Source: Paramagnetospirillum kuznetsovii (lineage in GTDB: Bacteria; Pseudomonadota; Alphaproteobacteria; Rhodospirillales; Magnetospirillaceae). From it: DNA of 32,000 nucleotides. This document shows positions 9,496-18,229 of this stretch, piece after piece. The DNA lies in NCBI RefSeq assembly GCF_003284725.1, contig NZ_PGTO01000003.1, positions 250,153-282,152 of the forward strand, given 5' to 3'. Under the pieces are notes generated by a model. That model ran no database searches. It was not told the origin of the DNA and saw nothing but the letters and a program-made list of their open reading frames with translations. A program made the translations under genes and the position numbers. Position 1 is the stretch's first letter. The number at the start of each line of letters is the position of its first letter.

Positions 9496-10873
9496 GCCGG
9501 GTGGAGTGGATGAAGTGCTGTTCGGTATGGGTGGCGAAACCGCGCTTGTAGAGCGCGATGTTCTTCAGCTTGTCGCTGAAGGTGTCGGAGGTTTGCAACT
9601 GCCCGAAATCGAAGCGCTTCTGGCCTTCCGCCTTGGCGTCCATGATGGCCTGATGCAGCACCATATGACCCAGCGGCTTGTTGCCGACGATCAGCTTGGT
9701 GCTGGACCAGTAATAGGTCGTGCTGCCGTGGCGTGACGACAAAAGCGCCACCGCCGGACGATTCTCGAAAAAGCCGATATAGAGATTGAAAAGCCCCTGG
9801 GCCATGTACCGGGTGAGATTCTCGACCGACAGACCCGGCAGACGAAGGCTGGCGGTATAGACATCGGTATAGAGCTGGATCATGGCGGGATCGGGGACGG
9901 AGGTCGAGCGGACCTCCATGTTCTTGCGGCCCCAGCGCAGGCTTTGGCGATGGGCGTCGCGATAGCCGCGCTCGATTTCCTCCGCGCTGAGCGACAGATC
10001 GATCCAGGCCGCGGTGACTCCGACCGGGACCGCCCGAGACTCATTGATCCATTCAGTCAGGGGCGCGGCGAGGTTCTGGCCGTCGGCGCGCTCGAAGACC
10101 GCTGTTTTGGCGTTGCACCATTCGAGGATCATCTTCAACTGACGCACCGCCAGAAGCTCGATGACGGCGCGATCGGGATGGTCGTTGACCAAAGCCGTGA
10201 GGTAGATCCCGGTTTCACGGCAGCCAAGGTGACGGGTGCCGTAGATATCGGCTTCCACCTGCATGACCGGCCGCCCTTCACCATCCATGACGAAGAAGGA
10301 ACAGTCGTCCACCGCTATGCCCTCGCCGGGCGGCGGCGGCGTATGAAAATTGGTCTTTGCCAGGACGGGATCGCGCAAGGGATCGTGGCGCAGGGGAGAG
10401 TCGTCCAGCGCCGCCTCGATGGCACGATAGGTTTCCGGGTCATTGGTGGCGGCGACCACGTAGCAGTTGCCTTCCTCCAATTCCGGCATGGCCGAGCCGG
10501 TATTGGAAATCCCGCGCAGACGGTTGACCAGCCGCTGATCCGCCGCGGCCGCACAGTCCATCCGCAGGGTCCGTTCCAGCGCGACCATGGCGGCGTAAGC
10601 GTCGGCGCTCTTGGCCAATTCGGGGATCAGCGGCGCAAGCTGACCGTAGGCCTTGATCGCGGACGCGTAAAGCCCACCTGCCTCCAACACCTTGGCGAGT
10701 TCCGCCCAGCGGCCGACCAGATCGTCGCCTTCCAACAGGGCGCGCAGAAACTCGATCAAGGTGGGGGCCAGCAGCGACTGGCTCGATTCCAATGTGTTCA
10801 GATCCTTGGATTCGAGCACGTCAAGAATAGCCGCGTCCGCTTCATTGACCGGCTTGGCCTTCTCCCGCAGCAT
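9491..10873 (-). CDS. Hypothetical protein with C-terminal FemAB/CelD-like GNAT acyltransferase region and helical N-terminal region
   Basis: The C-terminal ~200 aa resemble the FemAB/Acetyltransf_6 pattern (IDLSLSAEEIERGYRDAHRQSLRWGRKNMEVR...PAVALLSSRHGSTTYYWSSTK...GHMVLHQAIMDAKAEGQKRFDFGQ...DKLKNIALYKRGF). This is a by-eye judgement, not a search result. I prefer ATG 10873 (GGGGAG 7 nt upstream) over the tracked 10909, which has no SD. Confidence 0.55.
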   Translation of the reverse strand: MLREKAKPVNEADAAILDVLESKDLNTLESSQSLLAPTLIEFLRALLEGDDLVGRWAELAKVLEAGGLYASAIKAYGQLAPLIPELAKSADAYAAMVALERTLRMDCAAAADQRLVNRLRGISNTGSAMPELEEGNCYVVAATNDPETYRAIEAALDDSPLRHDPLRDPVLAKTNFHTPPPPGEGIAVDDCSFFVMDGEGRPVMQVEADIYGTRHLGCRETGIYLTALVNDHPDRAVIELLAVRQLKMILEWCNAKTAVFERADGQNLAAPLTEWINESRAVPVGVTAAWIDLSLSAEEIERGYRDAHRQSLRWGRKNMEVRSTSVPDPAMIQLYTDVYTASLRLPGLSVENLTRYMAQGLFNLYIGFFENRPAVALLSSRHGSTTYYWSSTKLIVGNKPLGHMVLHQAIMDAKAEGQKRFDFGQLQTSDTFSDKLKNIALYKRGFATHTEQHFIHSTRL

Positions 10874-10957
10874 TGAAATTCTCCCCCTGGCGCATCGAAT
10901 CCGCGCCATGAGTTCCGCGAATACCGGTTCGCTGGCCGATATTTTTCGCAGCCCGTG

Positions 10958-10987
10958 GCCTTTCCGCCCCCGGATCGGGACGGAAAG
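10958..10987 (-). other. Strong 12-bp stem-loop in the flaF / FemAB-like intercistronic spacer, with no U-tract
   Basis: Minus strand CCUUUCCGUCCC-GAUCCG-GGGGCGGAAAGG (12 pairs, one G-U). It lies 13 nt after the flaF stop and is followed by CCACGGGCUGCGAAAAAU, so it is not a canonical intrinsic terminator. Confidence 0.6.
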
Positions 10988-10999
10988 GGATCTCGGTGT

Positions 11000-11344
11000 C
11001 TAGCTCTTGGCGCCTTCGAGCAAGCCTTCGGAAATCTGAAGGTTGATATTGATGAAGGAATCGATGGTCTCGTTGGTCACGGTCTCGACCCCGGCCAGGG
11101 TCTTGTCGGCCACGAACTGCGCCAGACGGCGAAGATTGCGCTTCACGTCCTCGGACAGCATGCAATCCTCATGGGCGATGATGGTGCACAGAGCCACCCA
11201 GGTGTCGAGGTTGCCTTTCAGCGCAGCGGCGAAGGGACCGATATTCTTGTCGCGATCGCCCCTGGACTGGTCCAGCTGAATGGCGGCCTGGGACAACTGA
11301 AAAGCCTGCTCCTCAGCCAGAGAGAGGGAAGTCTGCTGGGACAT
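11000..11344 (-). CDS. flaF: Flagellar biosynthesis regulator FlaF-like protein
   Basis: A 114-aa product from ATG 11344 (AGGAGG upstream). The tracked ORF start at 11464 is an extension. The segment LKGNLDTWVALCTIIAHEDCMLSEDVKRNLRRLAQFVADKTL...ETIDSFININLQISEGL fits the FlaF family pattern as I recall it (N..lW..l....n.Lp..lr..l..La.fv...t......li.iN..i..GL). Confidence 0.7.
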   Translation of the reverse strand: MSQQTSLSLAEEQAFQLSQAAIQLDQSRGDRDKNIGPFAAALKGNLDTWVALCTIIAHEDCMLSEDVKRNLRRLAQFVADKTLAGVETVTNETIDSFININLQISEGLLEGAKS

Positions 11345-11540
11345 GGTTCCTCCTGATCGTTTTCGCCGAAATTGTTCTGCCGTTGATGCACCAAGCGACG
11401 TCGACGGTACTGCCTCACCAATATCCAGGCAAGGCACGGGACACGCGACACCACCAGCGGGCAATCGGGTTCGACAACCCTACTGCCGATTGGGACTACA
11501 TTCAACCTCCCCTGTTGCAAGGAGGCGAATATGCGGCCCC

Positions 11541-11577
11541 AAAAGAAAATCCCCCCGCCGAACTCTCGGCGGGGGGA
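11541..11577 (-). terminator. Rho-independent terminator of the atp F0 operon
   Basis: Minus strand CCCCCCGCCGA-GAGU-UCGGCGGGGGG (perfect 11-bp stem, 11576..11551) followed by AUUUUCUUUUGGGG. It starts 16 nt after the atpF stop. Confidence 0.85.
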
Positions 11578-11592
11578 TCGGGTCGTTCGATT

Positions 11593-12138
11593 CTAGTGCA
11601 GCTTGCCCGGCAGCGCCTGGATGGCGGTGTCCACCAGCGAGGTGGTCTGGGCGGCCGACAGACTTTCGCCGATCAGCTTCTGGGCGGCGCCGATGGCGAC
11701 ATCCACGGCCAAATTCTGAACTTCCTTCATGGCCTGGGCCTCGGCCTGAGCGATGCGGTCCATGGCCATCTGCTCGCGGCGCTTGATGGAGGCGTCGAGA
11801 TCCTTGGCCGCCTGCTGGGCAAGGCGCTCGGCCTCGGCCTTGGCATGGGCGATGATCTCCTCGGCTTCCTTCATGGCGTCACGCTGCTTGCGCTGATAGG
11901 TGGCCAGCATCTCCTGGGCCTCCTCGCGCAGCTTGTGGGCCTCGTCGAGGCGGGCCTTGATCTTGGCGGCGCGGGCATCCAGGGCGGCGGCGATGGCGCG
12001 CGACACCGGCTTGAAGGCCAGGGCGACGACCAGGATGAAGGCCACGTCCACCCAGAAATGGGCTTCGGTATAAAAGGGGCCGTGATGGGCGACGGCGGCA
12101 CCGTGCTCGGCAGCGGCGGCGAAGGCGGACGAAATCAT
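11593..12138 (-). CDS. atpF: F0F1 ATP synthase subunit b
   Basis: 181 aa. One N-terminal TM helix ([15 protein letters not shown]) followed by a long charged coiled coil rich in A/E/K/Q. The start ATG overlaps the b-prime stop (ATGA). Confidence 0.9.
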   Translation of the reverse strand: MISSAFAAAAEHGAAVAHHGPFYTEAHFWVDVAFILVVALAFKPVSRAIAAALDARAAKIKARLDEAHKLREEAQEMLATYQRKQRDAMKEAEEIIAHAKAEAERLAQQAAKDLDASIKRREQMAMDRIAQAEAQAMKEVQNLAVDVAIGAAQKLIGESLSAAQTTSLVDTAIQALPGKLH

Positions 12139-12629
12139 TTGCCGTGCTCCTTCAAGGCGGTGGCGACGGCTGTCTCCAGCTTGGCCGCGTCGGCGTTGGC
12201 GCCGATCAAACGGTCGAAGACGGAACCGGCGACATCGATGGCCACGTCGCGGACATTGGCCAAAGCCTTGGTCTTGGCCTCGCCGATGCGGGCCTCGCCG
12301 GCCTTGATCTGCTCGGACAGCTTGGCGGACAGGGCGCGGTTGCGTTCCTCGGCCTCGGAAGAGAGGCGGTCGGACGCTTCCTTGATCACGGAATGGGCAT
12401 GGGCGCGGGACTCGGCCAGGGCCTTTTCATACGCAGCCACCGCAGCCTCGGCCTCGGCCTTCAACTGGGCGGCCTTGTCGAGATTGTCGTCGATCTTGCG
12501 CTGACGCTCGTCGAGAACGGCACCGATCTTGGGCAGGGCCACCGACGTCATCAGAATGTACAAGGTGACGAAGGTCAGAACCAGCCAGAACAGCTGTGGC
12601 GCAAAAAAGGTGGGATCGAATTGAGGCAT
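12135..12629 (-). CDS. atpF2: F0F1 ATP synthase subunit b-prime
   Basis: From ATG 12629: [27 protein letters not shown]..., then a b-type coiled coil. The tracked ORF start 12695 adds 22 non-native residues. The a-c-b'-b order is the known alphaproteobacterial/photosynthetic arrangement. Confidence 0.9.
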   Translation of the reverse strand: MPQFDPTFFAPQLFWLVLTFVTLYILMTSVALPKIGAVLDERQRKIDDNLDKAAQLKAEAEAAVAAYEKALAESRAHAHSVIKEASDRLSSEAEERNRALSAKLSEQIKAGEARIGEAKTKALANVRDVAIDVAGSVFDRLIGANADAAKLETAVATALKEHGK

Positions 12630-12757
12630 CCCGAAAGCTCCTGGACGGGTATGGACGCGGACCCGAAATATAGTCGGCGGGGGTCGGCTGACCACGACCG
12701 GGCGCTTCTAGAGCCCAGTCGTGGCACCGACAACCTTGCCGAAGGAGACTCTTCGAA

Positions 12758-12982
12758 TTAGGCGAAGAGGATCATCAGGGCGACGACCAGGGCGAACAGC
12801 GCGATCGCCTCGGTCACCGCGAAGCCGATCCAGCCGTACAGCTCGACATTGGCCTTGGCGGAGGGGTTGCGGCCAACGGTGGCGATCAGGTTCGCCCAGA
12901 TGTTGCCCACGCCGATACCCGAACCGATCATGCCGATGGCAGCCAGACCGGCACCGATCAACTTAGCAGCGCTCGCTTCCAT
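12758..12982 (-). CDS. atpE: F0F1 ATP synthase subunit c
   Basis: A 74-aa hairpin proteolipid: GAGLAAIGMIGSGIGVGNIW...RNPSA...FAVTEAIALFALVVALMILF (Glu in helix 2). Confidence 0.95.
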   Translation of the reverse strand: MEASAAKLIGAGLAAIGMIGSGIGVGNIWANLIATVGRNPSAKANVELYGWIGFAVTEAIALFALVVALMILFA

Positions 12983-13029
12983 TTACTAAACTCCTTCAAG
13001 ACAACACGGAAAAGGTGGAAAACTCAAAC

Positions 13030-13773
13030 TCAGTGCATGTGGATCGCATCGTGCAGATAGATGCACGACAGGATCGTGAAGACATAGGCCTGCAACAGGG
13101 CGATACCGAACTCCAGCACCGTCACCGCCGACAGGAAGGCGAAGGGAACCACGCCCGGAACCAGATAGAACGCGCCCAGCGACACCACGAAGCCGCCCAT
13201 CACCTTGAGGATGATGTGGCCCACCGTCATGTTGGCGAACAGACGGACGGCGAGGCTGAAGGGACGCGAGAAATACGAGATCAGCTCGATGGGGATGAGG
13301 ATCACCGCGGTCGCGATGGGCGCGCCCTCGGGGAAGAACATCCGGAGGTAATGGGTGCCGTGACGGGCGAAGCCGATCACCGTGACGCCGGTGAACACCA
13401 CCAGGGCCATGGCGAAGGTGACGATCACGTGGCTGGTATAGGTGAAGCCGATCACCGGGATCGGCATCATGCCCAGCAGATTGCCGAACAGCACGAACAT
13501 GAACAGCGAGAAGATGAAGGGGAAGTACTTGCGCCCCTCGCTTCCCACGTTTTCGCGCAGCATGCCGGCGATGAATTCGTAGAACACTTCCGCCATGGAC
13601 TGCCACCGCCCCGGCACCAGCGCGCGCGAGCGCACCGACAGCGTCAGGAACAAGGTGATCAGACAGACGGACAGCACCATCATGGCCGATGAGTTGGTGA
13701 AAGATATATCCAACCCGCCGACCTTGAGCGGAACCAACGGCTGGATCTTGAATTGTTCGATCGGATTAGCCAC
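13030..13773 (-). CDS. atpB: F0F1 ATP synthase subunit a
   Basis: 247 aa, polytopic. Contains the conserved RPFSLAVRLFANMTVGH motif with the essential Arg. Confidence 0.95.
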   Translation of the reverse strand: MANPIEQFKIQPLVPLKVGGLDISFTNSSAMMVLSVCLITLFLTLSVRSRALVPGRWQSMAEVFYEFIAGMLRENVGSEGRKYFPFIFSLFMFVLFGNLLGMMPIPVIGFTYTSHVIVTFAMALVVFTGVTVIGFARHGTHYLRMFFPEGAPIATAVILIPIELISYFSRPFSLAVRLFANMTVGHIILKVMGGFVVSLGAFYLVPGVVPFAFLSAVTVLEFGIALLQAYVFTILSCIYLHDAIHMH

Positions 13774-13785
13774 TGCACGCCTCTC

Positions 13786-14139
13786 TCAAAGATCCTTCGC
13801 CTGCTCTGCTCTTCGGCTCGCCTGCCCCAGGCCGACCGTCGCGTCCATTCCCCGCATGGTGCGGTAAACGTTCATCACGCCGGCCGCTCCGCCCAGGAGC
13901 AGAAACAATACCATCAGCCAGGGGCTGGTTTTCAGCCAGGTGTCGAGCACCCATCCGATCCCCACGCCCACCAGCACACCAGCCACCAGTTCGGCCCCGA
14001 TGCGAAACCCCAGACCCATCCCGGTCGGCCGTCCTCGGCTTGCCGGTCCGCGTCCCGAATCTTCCTCTTCCCTTGCGCGCGCGGCGCGCAAACGAGCATC
14101 AAGATCGTCCAGTGACGGGGGCGTCTCGGGGTCAGCCAT
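13786..14139 (-). CDS. atpI: ATP synthase protein I (AtpI/AtpZ family)
   Basis: From ATG 14139: MADPETPPSLDDLDARLRAAR..., then two TM helices (GFRIGAELVAGVLVGVGIGWVLD, WLMVLFLLLGGAAGVMNVYR). First gene of the F0 cluster. The tracked start 14223 is an extension. Confidence 0.8.
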   Translation of the reverse strand: MADPETPPSLDDLDARLRAARAREEEDSGRGPASRGRPTGMGLGFRIGAELVAGVLVGVGIGWVLDTWLKTSPWLMVLFLLLGGAAGVMNVYRTMRGMDATVGLGQASRRAEQAKDL

Positions 14140-14364
14140 TTGGTCGCATCCTCGATCGTCCCCCTTCTGGCGCTGTGGTGCCAAAAGCGCGGGCACCATA
14201 AGGGTTGGCCCCACCCGTGTCAAGGCCGGAAACCCTGAGAATTATACGGCTGTTTTTGCTGGCTTTCCCAGGGCTTCCAAGCCCGCCGCCCGCCTTGGAT
14301 ATTGCAATGCGGAAAATTTCTTCCTCCCCGAAGGGGTGGCAAACGGATTTAGGGGAACGGCGCC

Positions 14365-14409
14365 TCCCGCTTTCGCGGGAATGACGGGGTTTTTCCACAC
14401 CCTGTTAAA
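14365..14409. repeat. Second copy of the 45-bp REP-like element (tcccgctttcgcgggaatgacgggg...ttccacaccYtgttaaa)
   Basis: Aligned without gaps to 9451-9495, the two copies are identical at 43 of 45 positions, in the same orientation. Confidence 0.9.
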
Positions 14410-14484
14410 TCGGCGTGGTTTCATCGAGTGCCTGAGTCTGCCTGTGTTTGAGGCCGTCACCTTCCGCATGGGACACGAAAGCCG

Positions 14485-14710
14485 ATTGACCACCAAGGCA
14501 CCAAGGACACCAAGAGGGCGGTGCAAACGGCCAAGCTTCACTTTTTCGTCATGGCCGGGCGTGTCCCGGCCACCCGCGCGGTTCCGCATGAAATCCCCAT
14601 GAAGCAATAATCCAGACGGATGGGCGTGGTTGCCCGTGACAAGCACGGGCACGACGGAAGGCAAAAAACCGTGTCGGCCTCTTGGTGTCCTTGGTGCCTT
14701 GGTGGTCAAT
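14485..14710. repeat. 226-bp nested imperfect palindrome with perfect 33-bp terminal inverted repeats (MITE-like or composite REP element)
   Basis: 14485-14517 (attgaccaccaaggcaccaaggacaccaagagg) is the exact reverse complement of 14678-14710. Inside, cgtcatGGCCGGGcgtgtCCCGGCCaccc (14547-14575) and gtggttgCCCGTGacaagCACGGGcacgacgg (14626-14657) are diverged copies of one hairpin unit in inverted orientation. The symmetry centre is near 14598. Confidence 0.9.
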
Positions 14711-14745
14711 ACCCTCGGCAGCCAACGGATCGTGTCGCAAGCGAC

Positions 14746-17700
14746 CTACGCCACCACCGTCTTGTCCCGGAGCGCCTCGGCCTGGGCGAGGTCGACCGAG
14801 ACCAGTTGCGAGACGCCGCGCTCGGCCATGGTGACGCCGTAGAGGCGGTCCATGCGGGCCATGGACATGCGGTGATGGGTGACGATGAGGAAGCGGGTCC
14901 GCGTCGCCCGGGCGATGCCTTCCACCAGCGAGCAGAAGCGGTCCACATTGGCGTCGTCCAGCGGCGCGTCCACCTCGTCCAGCACGCAGATGGGGGCCGG
15001 ATTGGTCATGAACACCGCGAACAGCAGGGCGAGCGCGGTCAGCGCCTGCTCGCCGCCCGACAGCAGCGAGAGTTGTTGCAGCCGCTTGCCCGGCGGGCTG
15101 GCCATGATTTCCAGCCCGGCTTCCAGCGGATCGGCGGATTCGGTCAGTGCCAGATGGGCGCGGCCGCCGCCGAACAGCTTGACGAACAAATCGCGGAAAT
15201 GCTGGTCCACCGCCTGGAACGAGGCTAGCAGCTTTTCGCGGCCTTCGCGGTTCAGTTCATTGATGCCCTGGCGCAGCTTGGCGATGGCGGCGGTCAGGTC
15301 GTCCTTTTCCGCCACCATGCCCTTGATGCGGGCATCCAACTCCTCCACCTCCTGCTCGGCGCAAAGATTGACCGGCCCCATATTGTCGCGCTCGCGCATC
15401 AGGCGGTCGAGCTTGCGCTGAAGCTCCTCGGGGTCGGGACGTTCGGCCTCCACCACGCCTGCCACCTCGCGCAGTTGCTCCGGCGTCATGTCCAGGCGCT
15501 CATTGATGCGCCCCGCCACGGCGCGGCAGGCCTGATCGGCGGCGCTGACGGCGGCTTCGCGGCGGATGCGCTCCTCGCGGACGGAAGCCAGCACGCCCTC
15601 GGCGGCGCGGACCTGCCGGTCGGCCTCGGCCAGGGACTGTTCCGCATTGACCAGGGCGTCGCCCGCCGTCTTGCGGGTTGCCTCCGCCACTTCCATGCGG
15701 TCCAGCAGTTCGGCGCGCCGTCGCGCGATGGTATCGGGCAGGCTGGCGAGGCGCTCGATTTCCAGCATGATGGTCTCGCGCCGTTCCTCCAGTTCCTGCA
15801 CATGGAGGTGGGCCGCCTCGGTGCGCGACTTCCACGACTTGGCGTCGGCCTCCAGGGCGTCGAGGCGGCGGCGGCGCTCGGCGCCTTCCCGGATCAGCCG
15901 ATCCAGGTCCGAGCGCGCCTCCACCAGGGCGGAACGGCGTTCGGCCAGGGCGGCGCGCAGGGCCGCCACCTTGTCGCGGCCGTCGGAGGATTCGGGATAG
16001 GCCGCCACCGCCTGCCTGGCTTCGGCCAATTCGGCCTCGGCCAGGGCGAGATCGGCGCTTACCCCTTGCGCCTGCCCGGCCACCGCCGACAGGCGCGATT
16101 CATAGGCGGCGAAGCGGCTGGACAGCCTGGCATGGGCGTCGCGGGCCTTGGCGGTTTCCGCCTCGGCTTGGCGCACCGCCTCCTTGGCGCGGCGCTCGGT
16201 CTCGACGCCGTGCTCCACCGCCATGGTGGCGACCTGAACCGCTTCCTCCGCCTCTTCCACCCCCAGGGCGGCGTCTTCCAGGCGGGCTTCCAATTCGCGC
16301 AGCCGATTGCGCTGGGCGAGGCGGAGCGCCATGGGGCTGGGCGCCCCGGCCCGGGCGGTATAGCCGTCCCAGCGCCACAGATCGCCGTCGCGGCTGACCA
16401 GACGCTGGCCCACCGAAAGGCGTCCACGCAACTCCTCGCCCGCCGTGGCATCGGCCACCACGCCCACCTGGGACAGTCGGCGGGCCAGTTGCGAGGGCGC
16501 GGTGACGAAGCGGGCCAGCGGCTCGGCCCCGTCCGGCAAGGCGGGCGGCTTGTCCAGCGGCCCCAACTCGTCCCAGTGCAGCGACGCGGCGGTATCGGCG
16601 GAGACGGCGAGATCCTCGCCCAAGGCGGCGGCCAAAGCGGGCTCGAACCCGGTCATGGCGGAGGTGTCGTCCAGCACCGGGCGGTGATCGCCGCCCTTGC
16701 CCTGGGCAAGCACCTGTTTCAAGGCATCGGCCTCTGCCTGAAGGCGGGAACGGGCGGCGACGGCGGCCTGGAAGGCATCGCGGGCGGCGTCGCGGGCGGC
16801 CTGGGCGTTGACGCGGGCCTTATCGGCCTCCTCCGCCTGTTCGCGGGATTCCTCGAGGAATTCCAGCGCCCCTTCCAAATCCATTTCCAGGGCGGTGAGA
16901 TCGGCGCGGTCGATGCTTTCGCTTTCGATTTCCGCCTTCTGGCGCTCCACCTGATCCAGGCGCTCTTTCAAGCGATCCCGCCGGGTCTCGGTCTCGGTCA
17001 GGCGGCGATGGGCGGCGCCGCGCTCGGCATCGGCGGCGGCCACTTCCTCCATCAGGGCGGAGAGGTCGTGCTCCACCTCCACCACGGCGCCTGCCGCCAG
17101 TTCCACCACCGCTTCCGCCTCGGCGCGGGCGTCGCTTTCCCCGACGGCGGCCTCCACCAGGGCCTGGCGCTCTTCTTCCAGCCGGGCGGCGGAGTGCCGG
17201 GCGTCGGCGGCGCGGGCGTGTTCGCGCTGGAGATCGGCGGCGGCCTGGGACAGGCGGGATTCAAGGTCGCGACGAATTTCCGCCAGTCGGCCTTCCTCGG
17301 CCTCCAATTGCTCGCGCTCTGCCGCCACCTTCTGCAGGGCGCTGGCGGCCTCGGCATCGGCCCGGCGCAGATCGGGCAGCCCGGCGGCCAGTTCGGTCTG
17401 GCGGGTGGCGGCATGGGCGGCCTGCTCGGTGGCTTCCTCCACCCGCATTTCCGCCTCGCGGAAGGCGGCGCGCGCCGCGTCCACCACCGCCAGCGCTTCC
17501 AGCCAGCCGAGATAGAGCACCTGCGCCTCGACCCGCTTGATCTGCTCCGACAGGGTGCGGTAGCGGTTGGCCTGGCGGGCCTGCTTTTGCAGCGACTTCA
17601 ACTGCTCGTCCAGGGTGGCGAGCACGTCGTCGAGCCGCGACAGATTCAGTTCGGCATTCTTGAGGCGAAGCTCGGCCTCGTGGCGGCGGGAATACAGGCC

Positions 17701-18213
17701 GGAAATGCCGGCGGCTTCTTCCAGCAACAGCCGCCGGTCGGCGGGCTTGGCGTTGATCAGGGCGCCGACCCGGCCCTGGCTGACCAGACCGGACGAGCGC
17801 GCCCCGGTGGCGGCGTCGGCGAACAGCAGTTGCACGTCGCGGGCGCGGGTTTCCTGACCGTTGATGCGATACAGTGAGCCGTTGCCGCGCTCGATGCGGC
17901 GCATGACCTCGATGTCGTCCTGGTCGAAGCTGGGCGGCGCGGTGCGGCTGGAATTGTCCAGAACGAGGCCCACCTCGGCGATATTGCGGGCGGGCCGCGA
18001 CGAGGTGCCGCCGAAGATGACGTCGTCCATCTCGCCGCCGCGCATCTGGCGGGCCGAGGTCTCCCCCATGACCCAGCGCAGCGCCTCGATCAGATTGGAC
18101 TTGCCGCAGCCGTTGGGTCCGACGACCCCGGTCATGCCGGGCTCGATCAGAAGCTCCGCCGGGTCGACGAAGGATTTGAAGCCCGACAGCCGCAGCTTGG
18201 TGAACTGGATCAA
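14746..18213 (-). CDS. smc: Chromosome segregation protein SMC
   Basis: 1155 aa. N-terminal Walker A (FTKLRLSGFKSFVDP...GVVGPNGCGKSNLIEALRWVMGE), very long coiled coils, hinge, and C-terminal signature and Walker B (LSLLSGGEQALTALALLFAVF...PICVLDEVDAPLDDANV). Start codon is TTG at 18213. Confidence 0.95.
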   Translation of the reverse strand: MIQFTKLRLSGFKSFVDPAELLIEPGMTGVVGPNGCGKSNLIEALRWVMGETSARQMRGGEMDDVIFGGTSSRPARNIAEVGLVLDNSSRTAPPSFDQDDIEVMRRIERGNGSLYRINGQETRARDVQLLFADAATGARSSGLVSQGRVGALINAKPADRRLLLEEAAGISGLYSRRHEAELRLKNAELNLSRLDDVLATLDEQLKSLQKQARQANRYRTLSEQIKRVEAQVLYLGWLEALAVVDAARAAFREAEMRVEEATEQAAHAATRQTELAAGLPDLRRADAEAASALQKVAAEREQLEAEEGRLAEIRRDLESRLSQAAADLQREHARAADARHSAARLEEERQALVEAAVGESDARAEAEAVVELAAGAVVEVEHDLSALMEEVAAADAERGAAHRRLTETETRRDRLKERLDQVERQKAEIESESIDRADLTALEMDLEGALEFLEESREQAEEADKARVNAQAARDAARDAFQAAVAARSRLQAEADALKQVLAQGKGGDHRPVLDDTSAMTGFEPALAAALGEDLAVSADTAASLHWDELGPLDKPPALPDGAEPLARFVTAPSQLARRLSQVGVVADATAGEELRGRLSVGQRLVSRDGDLWRWDGYTARAGAPSPMALRLAQRNRLRELEARLEDAALGVEEAEEAVQVATMAVEHGVETERRAKEAVRQAEAETAKARDAHARLSSRFAAYESRLSAVAGQAQGVSADLALAEAELAEARQAVAAYPESSDGRDKVAALRAALAERRSALVEARSDLDRLIREGAERRRRLDALEADAKSWKSRTEAAHLHVQELEERRETIMLEIERLASLPDTIARRRAELLDRMEVAEATRKTAGDALVNAEQSLAEADRQVRAAEGVLASVREERIRREAAVSAADQACRAVAGRINERLDMTPEQLREVAGVVEAERPDPEELQRKLDRLMRERDNMGPVNLCAEQEVEELDARIKGMVAEKDDLTAAIAKLRQGINELNREGREKLLASFQAVDQHFRDLFVKLFGGGRAHLALTESADPLEAGLEIMASPPGKRLQQLSLLSGGEQALTALALLFAVFMTNPAPICVLDEVDAPLDDANVDRFCSLVEGIARATRTRFLIVTHHRMSMARMDRLYGVTMAERGVSQLVSVDLAQAEALRDKTVVA

Positions 18214-18229
18214 GCCCGTTGGCCCGTTG

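Noticed and set aside
12630-12757. The 128-nt atpE-atpF2 spacer with short inverted repeats (CCACGAC...GTCGTGG; CGAAG...CUUCG), considered as a regulatory element controlling c-subunit stoichiometry.
   Set aside because: The stems are short with large or irregular loops and no U-tract. This cannot be distinguished from chance GC-rich complementarity without conservation data.
13940-14709. ORFs 13940..14602 (+), 14242..14709 (-), 14132..14398 (-) and 9434..9736 (+) in otherwise non-coding gaps.
   Set aside because: They are translations of the REP-like and palindromic repeats (for example ...IPAFAGMTG..., TKAPRTPRG, VMAGRVPAT). The same peptides arise wherever the repeat occurs, so they reflect repeat structure rather than coding.
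14485-14710. Calling the nested palindrome a bona fide MITE or other mobile element.
   Set aside because: I see no target-site duplication flanking the 33-bp arms, and copy number cannot be assessed from one window. It is therefore reported as a repeat with a MITE-like hypothesis only.
15475-17877. An 800-aa plus-strand ORF antisense to smc. Similar long antisense or out-of-frame ORFs include 35..1408 (+), 5060..6220 (+), 6280..7212 (+), 7236..8192 (+), 19666..20925 (-), 20940..21635 (-), 22001..23347 (-), 26843..28153 (+), 27231..28208 (-), 28277..29905 (+) and 13015..13692 (+).
   Set aside because: Each lies opposite or out of frame to a gene with unmistakable conserved motifs. Their translations are low-complexity Arg/Gly/Ala/His/Gln-rich strings typical of stop-codon-poor frames in GC-rich DNA. 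I recognise no motifs in them.
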